DNA of 64,000 nucleotides from an uncultured archaeon (GTDB lineage Archaea; Nanobdellota; Nanobdellia; Pacearchaeales; GW2011-AR1): NCBI GenBank assembly GCA_903866625.1, contig CAIPOI010000002.1, positions 37,063 to 101,062 of the forward strand, read 5' to 3'. Shown piece by piece: positions 57,223 to 64,000 of this stretch (position 1 is its first letter; each line of letters starts with the position of its first letter). The notes under the pieces were generated by a model. It saw only the letters and a program-made list of their open reading frames with translations, ran no database searches and was not told where the DNA came from. The position numbers and the translations under genes were made by a program.

Positions 57223-58415
57223 TTTCTCACAACCAAATAAACTTTATCTCTCTTTCTTATATCTGAAATCATTATCCCAATTTCTTGACCTTTTACTGCT
57301 TCACTAACACTCTGGCGATTTATTTCAATTCTCTCAATCTTATGCATTTTTATCCCTGTTTTATCTCCAATAATATATAACTCATCCCCAACCTTTATTT
57401 TTCCAGATACAAGTTTTATTATAGCTACCTGTTTTTGACTAAGATATTTTTCAACTTTACCAATAAATTCTTTTTTTTGAGTTGCCGAAGAATGCTGAAC
57501 TTTTGAGAAATCATCACTAGTTGGTTTTTTTAGATAAAAACCAGAAGAAAATCCCTTAGTATAGACTTTTTTTAGTTCTTCTAATCCATTTTCTATTTCT
57601 TCTTTGGTTAATTTTTTGCTAAGTGCTTCTTTGTAGATTTTTGTTGTAATATAAACATATTCTGGCTCTCTAACTCTTCCTTCAATTTTAAAAGCTTTAA
57701 CCCCTGCTTTTTTTAACTCTTCAATAAAAGGAAGAGTACAAAGGTCTTTAGCAGACATAACAGTATTATTCTCGAGTTTTAATTCATTTCCAGAATCATC
57801 TTTTACACTATAAGCTCTTCTACAAGGTTGCAAACACTCGCCACGATTAGCGCTCTTACCAAATAAAAACTGAGAAGTAAAGCATCTTCCACTTATACTT
57901 ACGCACATTGCTCCATGAATAAATATTTCTGTATCTATAACCTTTGAAATCTCTTTTATCTGTGCAAGGTTTAACTCTCTTGCTAAAACAACTCGTTCAG
58001 CTCCGAGTTTTTTGTAAAATTCTGCAGCTTTTTTATTACTTATGCTTGCTTGAGTAGAAATATGAAAGGGAATTTTATATTTCTTGCATAGTTCGATAAT
58101 AGAAAGGTCCCAACAGATAACAGCATCAATATATTTTTTTGCTTCTTTAATAATTTTTTCTACTTTTTTCAACTCTTCATCATAAATTATAGTATTAAGT
58201 GTAAGATATCTTTTTACCTTATGATTTTTATATTGTTCACATATTTCCTTTATTTTGGGTAAGTCTCCAAGAGAAAAGTTCTTAGCATTAACTCTCATAT
58301 TAAAATCTTCAATTCCAAAATATACTGCATCTGCTCCTGCTTCAACAGCAGCAATAAGGCTTGGAAAGCTTCCTGCAGGACTTAACAATTCATAGTTAGA
58401 TTTGACGGTTTTCAT
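57219..58415 (-). CDS. Peptidase U32 family protein
   Basis: The U32 signature EIFIHGAMCVSISGRCFTS is present. The N-terminal ELLSPAGS is typical. Confidence 0.75.
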   Translation of the reverse strand: MKTVKSNYELLSPAGSFPSLIAAVEAGADAVYFGIEDFNMRVNAKNFSLGDLPKIKEICEQYKNHKVKRYLTLNTIIYDEELKKVEKIIKEAKKYIDAVICWDLSIIELCKKYKIPFHISTQASISNKKAAEFYKKLGAERVVLARELNLAQIKEISKVIDTEIFIHGAMCVSISGRCFTSQFLFGKSANRGECLQPCRRAYSVKDDSGNELKLENNTVMSAKDLCTLPFIEELKKAGVKAFKIEGRVREPEYVYITTKIYKEALSKKLTKEEIENGLEELKKVYTKGFSSGFYLKKPTSDDFSKVQHSSATQKKEFIGKVEKYLSQKQVAIIKLVSGKIKVGDELYIIGDKTGIKMHKIERIEINRQSVSEAVKGQEIGIMISDIRKRDKVYLVVRK

Positions 58416-58462
58416 ATTGTTCAGAATAAAATAGGAGTTATAAATTTAATCTTGCTGAAGAA

Positions 58463-59380
58463 TTAAGCTTTTTCAAAAAACATTCTCTCATGACTCATTA
58501 TCTCTCTTTGAAAACAGGCCTTTTGATCGCTCTTTCTTAAGAATTCAACTTGCGCTCTAAAATCAGGACTTGTTAAATAAATAGGTAGTAATTTAATAGC
58601 AATTTTAGCTGTTGGTAATATTTTTCTTGTTTTATAAAGAGATTTTGCGGCAGTGCCCCATCTATTAAGAGTTTCTATATAATCTAAACGACCGTTATTA
58701 GAACTTAAAAAATTAAAGTAAGGTTTAGCACATTCTACTAATTGATTTTTTCCAGTAGGCAACCATGAACCTGGATAAAATTTTGAGGCTCTGGCTAATA
58801 TAAGTTCTTCAGAATCTTCTGGCGCGCTCATAGTTAAATCATCAGGATTTGGAACTCTTTTACCCCAGACCATCATGTGAAGATAAAGCTTCTTACCTTT
58901 TGGAAGAACATTTGCGCAGAATTTAAAAAAATCTCTGTAAACTTGATCTTGTTTTCCTGCTTTGAATTCATTTATTGAACAAAAATGTTCTAAAGCACCA
59001 ATAGAAACAATACCATCAATTTTTCCAAATGTTTCAGGATTTGCAGTTTTATAATCTTGAACTCTTGCATCCAAACCTCTTTGTTTACAATGTTGGGCTT
59101 GCCAGGGTGATAGTGTTAAACCAATACCATATCCGCCATTTTCTTTGATCGCTTGCAACATTGGACCCTTTCCACAACCAACATCAATAATTCTATCTCC
59201 TTCCTTAAAACCAAGGCCATCTAACACCCACTCATGTTTATCTCTTTGTGCTTGTTCTAAAGTTTTAGAAAAATCTCCGTTAAAAAAAGCACAAGTTATA
59301 TCAGAAGAAGCTCCAAGAGAGAGTGCAAAGAAAGGATCAAATGCATCATAGCACTTTTCTATCTCATTTTGATTTGCCAT
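58463..59380 (-). CDS. Cyclopropane-fatty-acyl-phospholipid synthase-like (CMAS family) SAM methyltransferase
   Basis: CYDAFDPFFALSLG...TCAFFNGDFSKTLEQAQRDK and IIDVGCGKGPML follow the CMAS family pattern. Confidence 0.65.
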   Translation of the reverse strand: MANQNEIEKCYDAFDPFFALSLGASSDITCAFFNGDFSKTLEQAQRDKHEWVLDGLGFKEGDRIIDVGCGKGPMLQAIKENGGYGIGLTLSPWQAQHCKQRGLDARVQDYKTANPETFGKIDGIVSIGALEHFCSINEFKAGKQDQVYRDFFKFCANVLPKGKKLYLHMMVWGKRVPNPDDLTMSAPEDSEELILARASKFYPGSWLPTGKNQLVECAKPYFNFLSSNNGRLDYIETLNRWGTAAKSLYKTRKILPTAKIAIKLLPIYLTSPDFRAQVEFLRKSDQKACFQREIMSHERMFFEKA

Positions 59381-59394
59381 TTTATATTTTATCC

Positions 59395-59417
59395 TATCAC
59401 CAGAACTCTTTCCCGAT
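59395..59417 (-). promoter_or_regulatory. Conserved leader motif, second copy (minus-strand reading ATCGGGAAAGAGTTCTGGTGATA)
   Basis: It carries the same 17-nt core as 47031..47055 and lies 15 nt upstream of the ATG at 59380. Confidence 0.35.
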
Positions 59418-59546
59418 CGGATTATCTTGAATTTACTTTCTCAATCCAATTATCTTCAATCGTTTGTGCCTTATGCGTCTTGCACGCATGCTTCTTGCGC
59501 GTTGGTGTCTTTTTGCCATATTGTTATTATTTTTGTTTTTAGATGT

Positions 59547-59729
59547 TTATTTAATTGTTATAGCTTCAACAGGACATGCTTCTTGAGCATCTTTTTCACA
59601 TGTAAGCTTTTTTACTTCTTGAACTTTTTCTTTAGCTTTGCCTTCAAACATTTCAAAGCCCTTTGGGCATATACTTGCACAGCTTCCACAACCTATACAC
59701 TTATCTCTATCAACTTTTATCTTAACCAT
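59547..59729 (-). CDS. Small 4Fe-4S (or 3Fe-4S) ferredoxin
   Basis: 60 aa. CIGCGSCASICP ... CPVEAI. Confidence 0.8.
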   Translation of the reverse strand: MVKIKVDRDKCIGCGSCASICPKGFEMFEGKAKEKVQEVKKLTCEKDAQEACPVEAITIK

Positions 59730-59787
59730 TTTATTCTATTTCCAAGAGAAAGTTTAGGTTTATAAACTTAAGGATTTACTAATAGTT

Positions 59788-60063
59788 ATGGCAACAGAAA
59801 AAGAGATAAAAGAGCTAATAAAGCAATCCCAAGATTATGCAGATAAAGCAGGACTAAAATTAAACCCTAATGAAAAAGTTGTAAGGGGAATTACTATGGG
59901 TTTGCTAAGAAATAAAGAGTTCAAAGGAGATATTTACTGCCCATGCAGAACAGTTACAGGTAATAAGGAAGAAGATAAAAAAATAGTTTGCCCTTGCATC
60001 TATCATTTACAAGAAATAAAAGCTGATGGCCATTGCAAGTGCAATCTTTTTTGGAAGAAATAG
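59788..60063 (+). CDS. Ferredoxin:thioredoxin (disulfide) reductase catalytic-subunit-like protein
   Basis: CPCR-x15-CPC-x13-CKC matches the FTR-beta CPC...CPC...CHC cluster/disulfide pattern. Confidence 0.7.
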   Translation: MATEKEIKELIKQSQDYADKAGLKLNPNEKVVRGITMGLLRNKEFKGDIYCPCRTVTGNKEEDKKIVCPCIYHLQEIKADGHCKCNLFWKK

Positions 60064-60204
60064 ATTTTATCTTATTATTTCTATAAAACAAATTCTTACA
60101 ACTAAAGAAAATTCAGCGATTAAATCAAAGCCTAATTGTTATTACCGATAATACCTAGACAAATAATGCGCCAGCACAAATTTAATGAACGATAGAGAGC
60201 AAAA

Positions 60205-60543
60205 TCACAACCTTAAATAATCACTTATCTTCTCTTGCAAAGCATCCTCACTTCTTCCGCCAATCAATCTGTCAACTTCCTTTCCATCTTTGAAAAAAAC
60301 AATGCAAGGTATGCTTGAAATCTCATATTGTTGGGCGGCTTCAGGAGCATCATCTACATTTAACTTGCAGAACTTTGCACCATTATTTTTTTCGGCAAGT
60401 CTCTCAAAAACAGGTCCCATCATAACACAAGGCATGCACCATTCTGCAAAAAAATCTACGATTACCAATGGAGTTTTCTTATCATTTATTATTTTAGAAA
60501 ACTCAGATTCAGTTATTTCAAAAACCGCGCCTTTTTTAGCCAT
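60205..60543 (-). CDS. Thioredoxin (WCMPC active site)
   Basis: FFAEWCMPCVMMGPVF, plus a cis-Pro region SSIPCIVFF. Confidence 0.8.
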   Translation of the reverse strand: MAKKGAVFEITESEFSKIINDKKTPLVIVDFFAEWCMPCVMMGPVFERLAEKNNGAKFCKLNVDDAPEAAQQYEISSIPCIVFFKDGKEVDRLIGGRSEDALQEKISDYLRL

Positions 60544-60596
60544 GTTCTTAATTTAATAAATCAATTTTTTATATTTATAAATTTTTTGTTCTTAGT

Positions 60597-61361
60597 TTAT
60601 CTAATCTCTGAACAATATCCAATTTCACCTAGTTTTGCTTTTGCTTCTTGCATCAAAGAGTTTGGAGTTTGCCATAATTCTCTAGCAAGACTTTCCTTTG
60701 AAAATTTAGGATCTATCATTTGCTCTTTAGACTGCGCTTTAAATGTTTGTAAATAGTGTTTATGACTTCTACTAGAAGTTATTTTACCTACCCACAAGGC
60801 CATCTCTTGGATTTCTTTCGGAGTCATAAAACTAATCTTACCTTCTTTTCTCTCAAGGGGAAATAGGGTTGTCCTAAACTCATAACCCGGAAATCTAGGA
60901 ACAATTCCTATTGCTTTTTCAATTCCATCTCTTAAATCAAAATCTTCCTTACCAACGAGTTGAGCATAAAGTTGAGGTGGACCCTTTACATCTAGAGCAA
61001 CATAATCTACTAGTCCATCTCTTGCAAGATTAACTAATAAATCTGGATTAGTCCCATTAGTATCTAGTTTTATAGAGAGCTTTTTTGTTTTAGGATTGGT
61101 TCTAACTTTTCTTAGAAAATTTTCTAATCCAATATGTGCTGTTGGCTCTCCGCCGCAAATTACTAAACCCTTAACAAATTCTGGATTGGGATAACCCTCG
61201 AGATATTTTAAAACTTGTTCTTCTGTTACACTAGAACTCGGTTCTTTAACTCGGCCTGCATGACAAGCTGGGCATGCGAGATTGCAACCTGTTGTAAAAA
61301 GTATATGACTTGCCATATCATAGTCTATTGTAGTTAATCTTGGTAGAGCTACAAATCTCAT
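60597..61361 (-). CDS. nrdG: Anaerobic ribonucleotide reductase activating enzyme (radical SAM)
   Basis: GCNLACPACH is a Cx3Cx2C motif. The gene lies immediately downstream of nrdD. Confidence 0.75.
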   Translation of the reverse strand: MRFVALPRLTTIDYDMASHILFTTGCNLACPACHAGRVKEPSSSVTEEQVLKYLEGYPNPEFVKGLVICGGEPTAHIGLENFLRKVRTNPKTKKLSIKLDTNGTNPDLLVNLARDGLVDYVALDVKGPPQLYAQLVGKEDFDLRDGIEKAIGIVPRFPGYEFRTTLFPLERKEGKISFMTPKEIQEMALWVGKITSSRSHKHYLQTFKAQSKEQMIDPKFSKESLARELWQTPNSLMQEAKAKLGEIGYCSEIR

Positions 61362-61363
61362 AG

Positions 61364-64000
61364 TTATTTCTGAGGATTAAGATATGAGTCAAGAACCTTT
61401 TTAACTCTCGGTGTGGTGATTGCGCCGTCTTTTGTCACTCTACCTCCTGAATAATTAGTTTCAACTCTTCCGATTTCTCTTCCATCTGCCCCAAAAAGAA
61501 TAACTGTAGGTATTCTTGAAGGATTAACACTTCCCAAAAGCAATTTTGCCATACCTTCTTCTTCATCTGCTTTATAAGTTTGTATTGTCATTTCTTGACC
61601 ATATTCTTTTCCAACTCTTCTAGCTTCTCCATTTAAAACAATTCCACTTTTATCACACATTACACATCCATTTTTACCAATTATAACTCCTGTAACTTTC
61701 CCAGGTTCTCCTGTCAATCTTGGAACTTCAAATTCACTTCCGGTTCTAGACGCTTCAACTCTATAGTTTCCTTTTCTTCTATCTGCCCCTTCTTCAAGTT
61801 TAGAAGCATTCCAATTTCTAAATTGGCTAAAATATCCAACTATTCGAGTCATAGAAGTTAAAGTATCTCCATCACTATTTTTGCAATTGGGACAACTTTC
61901 ATGCACACCTCTGTGTGTAGTTTTACAAGCTCTACAAACCGTGAACTCAGGACTAATAGTTACTTGCGCAGATTGTGTATTTCTGTAAATATCCTCTACT
62001 AAAGAGAAAACCGCAGATTTAGAAGGCTTCTCATCTCCAACAAACGCATGTATTATTGCTCCAGATTCAATCGCAGGATGAAATAAACTCTGAGCTTTTA
62101 TTCTTGTAATTAAATCTACTGGAGCATCCGGTCTTAAGTGTATGCTGTTAGTATAGTAAGGCCTATTTCCTTCTATATCTCCTTTTATAACTGCTTTAGA
62201 TTCTGGATAAAATTCTAAATCACTCTTAGCAAATCTTCTAGTGGCAGATTCTGCAGGGCTTTCTTCTAAACTGAACTTTAATCCGTGCTCTTGAGAATAT
62301 TTTTTTACTCTTGCATTCATATGAGTTATTGTTCTAAGGGCATATTTTTCAAATTCTTCTGCATTTAGTTCATGCAATTCTTTTCCTGTTAAGAATTGAA
62401 CTGCATCATTTAATCCAATAATTCCAATAATATATGTTGCCTTTGCTAAATCAATATAGGGTTTCTCGTCTATTGGGCTTGGTTTAGATACAGAATAAAG
62501 TATCTGTCCTTTTCCAGTTGTTTTACCTAAGAAATCTTTTTTTTGAAGATGAGCTTTTAATGCTAAATCCATTGTAGCATCAATCTCTTCAAAAAATCCT
62601 TCGAGAGATTTTTTGTTTTTTCTTGAGGCACGATAGGCTGCCTGAGGTAAATTAATAGTCACATTTTGAAAACCACAGAATCTAACTGATTCAGGATGGC
62701 TTAATACATAAGGATCATCTAAGGTAGTTCTTAGTCTACAACAGGCCGCAAGAGTTACAGCATCTCTATCAAATATAAAATAAGTACTGCCATTATGACT
62801 TGCCAGTTCACAAGCTTCATCTAAAACTTCTTTTTGCATGGGGTCTGTAAATGTTGCTTCATCAACATGAAAATCACATTTTGGGAAGGCAAATAAAGAA
62901 CCATCTGCATCTCCAGTCTTATATGCTTTTAAAAGATTTTTTGCAAATCTGCTTACAATACCTTTACTATGGTAATCTCCATAAGTAATCATTTTTTCTC
63001 CTTCTTCTAAAAATTCTTCTCTTTTTATTGAAGGTATTTCTTTTTGAGTAGTTGGATCTTTCCAAACTTCTAATTTTTCTCTTGCTACAACTTTTCCAGT
63101 TGAAGGATCAAAATATTCTGAAAGTTTATAGCCTGTTGAAGTTTTTTCTTCTATTTTTCTTTCTTCTAATAAAACTCTTTTACCATTTCTTTCGAGCATA
63201 TACTTGCCCTTTGGACCAACCGCAAGAGTATTTTTTAAAAATTCTGGGACTCCTGCATGTATATTAAAGTCTAAGAAAAGAGTTTGTCCTCCTCGTGAAA
63301 AAGCATTTTGGGAGCCATTAAAAATAACTTCTTGTGCTGCTTGATACATAAATGCATCAATATCTGCTTCACTTAATGCTCTAATTGGATTTTCTCTTAA
63401 TCCTGCAAGAGTTTTTTCTTCCTGAGAAATTGCTAACTCCAAAGCAGAAACTTCAATTCCATCTCGTCTGCAACTTTCTGCTATTGCTCTGTTTCTTTGA
63501 AGCGCACTATCCATTGCATTTATTCTATCTATCCCTTTTTTTTCTAAATCTGATTCTATTAAAGGGGCATAAAAAATGTTCATGTATCCTATTCCTAGTG
63601 CTCCAGAATAATTGCTTTGCATACTTGCTAAAAAAGTATTAAGATGTCCTGTTAAAGTCGCAGTATGTCCTGCAGGTTTTGAAGCAGTTTGAAGATTATC
63701 TAATCGCATGCCTAATTTTTTTATATACTCCAAAGAATGCCCAGAACAATAAACTCTGTTAACTAAACCCAAATCATGCAAGTGTATAGCGCCCATATTA
63801 TGTGCTTGAGCTAAATCTGGAGAAAATACTTCTGTAAGTGCAAACTGCTTACTCAAATACTCAAAAGCATTAAATTCTAAGGCCCCCGGATTATTTGCAG
63901 CAATATTGCTATTCTCTACTGCTTTATTAAATAATAAATCTAAAATATTTGCTTTAGGTATAATCAGATCACTATATCTTGCTGCATTTTGATTTAAACC
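61364..64000 (-). CDS. nrdD: Class III (anaerobic) ribonucleoside-triphosphate reductase with C-terminal thioredoxin-fold extension; N-terminus beyond right window edge
   Basis: Zn site CRAC...CPNC. Glycyl-radical motif TRIVGYFS. The frame stays open upstream of the track TTG start to position 64000 (…GLNQNAARYSDLIIPKANILDLLFNKAVE…). An extra 132 aa follows the Gly-radical domain. Confidence 0.85.
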   Translation of the reverse strand, partial: GLNQNAARYSDLIIPKANILDLLFNKAVENSNIAANNPGALEFNAFEYLSKQFALTEVFSPDLAQAHNMGAIHLHDLGLVNRVYCSGHSLEYIKKLGMRLDNLQTASKPAGHTATLTGHLNTFLASMQSNYSGALGIGYMNIFYAPLIESDLEKKGIDRINAMDSALQRNRAIAESCRRDGIEVSALELAISQEEKTLAGLRENPIRALSEADIDAFMYQAAQEVIFNGSQNAFSRGGQTLFLDFNIHAGVPEFLKNTLAVGPKGKYMLERNGKRVLLEERKIEEKTSTGYKLSEYFDPSTGKVVAREKLEVWKDPTTQKEIPSIKREEFLEEGEKMITYGDYHSKGIVSRFAKNLLKAYKTGDADGSLFAFPKCDFHVDEATFTDPMQKEVLDEACELASHNGSTYFIFDRDAVTLAACCRLRTTLDDPYVLSHPESVRFCGFQNVTINLPQAAYRASRKNKKSLEGFFEEIDATMDLALKAHLQKKDFLGKTTGKGQILYSVSKPSPIDEKPYIDLAKATYIIGIIGLNDAVQFLTGKELHELNAEEFEKYALRTITHMNARVKKYSQEHGLKFSLEESPAESATRRFAKSDLEFYPESKAVIKGDIEGNRPYYTNSIHLRPDAPVDLITRIKAQSLFHPAIESGAIIHAFVGDEKPSKSAVFSLVEDIYRNTQSAQVTISPEFTVCRACKTTHRGVHESCPNCKNSDGDTLTSMTRIVGYFSQFRNWNASKLEEGADRRKGNYRVEASRTGSEFEVPRLTGEPGKVTGVIIGKNGCVMCDKSGIVLNGEARRVGKEYGQEMTIQTYKADEEEGMAKLLLGSVNPSRIPTVILFGADGREIGRVETNYSGGRVTKDGAITTPRVKKVLDSYLNPQK

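Noticed and set aside
59427-59765. 112-aa plus-strand ORF overlapping the ferredoxin gene
   Set aside because: It is antisense to a well-supported 4Fe-4S ferredoxin and has a low-complexity Phe/Cys/Leu composition typical of shadow ORFs in AT-rich DNA.

Overview
The window is AT-rich and clearly archaeal. It carries PCNA, a fused PriS/PriL-like primase, Hjc resolvase, Cbf5, aIF5B, ribosomal proteins S19e/L39e/L31e/S10 and a histone-fold protein. BRE/TATA-like motifs sit about 20-35 nt upstream of many start codons. Gene density, small proteins, many secreted or TM-anchored surface proteins and a patchy metabolism suggest a small-genome DPANN-like archaeon; this is inference only. GC content was judged by eye and not computed.

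Housekeeping content:
- Class II LysRS, dUTPase, and a dCMP deaminase / ThyX-like / thymidylate kinase cluster.
- One tRNA-Ser(GGA).
- A Trx/TrxR module and rubrerythrin.
- pheA and tyrA.
- A ferredoxin / FTR-like / thioredoxin / NrdG / NrdD block; NrdD runs off the right edge.

Regions that deserve a second look:
1. 12.48-15.53 kb: five tandem genes share one winged-helix-like module, and the last is fused to a MIT_C/PLD-like domain. The array is bracketed by roughly 50-nt C-rich repeats, and a single HAD gene next to it lies between inverted copies of the same repeat.
2. 35.5-43.1 kb: a tightly coupled seven-gene minus-strand operon encodes two signal-peptide proteins that look like bacterial outer-membrane beta-barrels, a membrane protein, a SAM methyltransferase, an unknown protein and a SET-domain protein. 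The region also holds two unannotated paralogous 56-57 aa AbrB/SpoVT-like ORFs below the ORF-track cutoff: one inside the operon, one coupled to an atypical membrane Ser/Thr-type kinase. A degenerate third copy shares the same promoter and leader.
3. An ArmA/Rmt-family 16S rRNA m7G1405 methyltransferase homologue lies next to a long, divergent ThyX-like protein.
4. NrdD carries a C-terminal CxxC thioredoxin-fold extension.
5. dph2 is truncated.
6. A solitary bacterial-type GspE/PilB ATPase is present.

I found no CRISPR array, rRNA gene, integrase or transposase.
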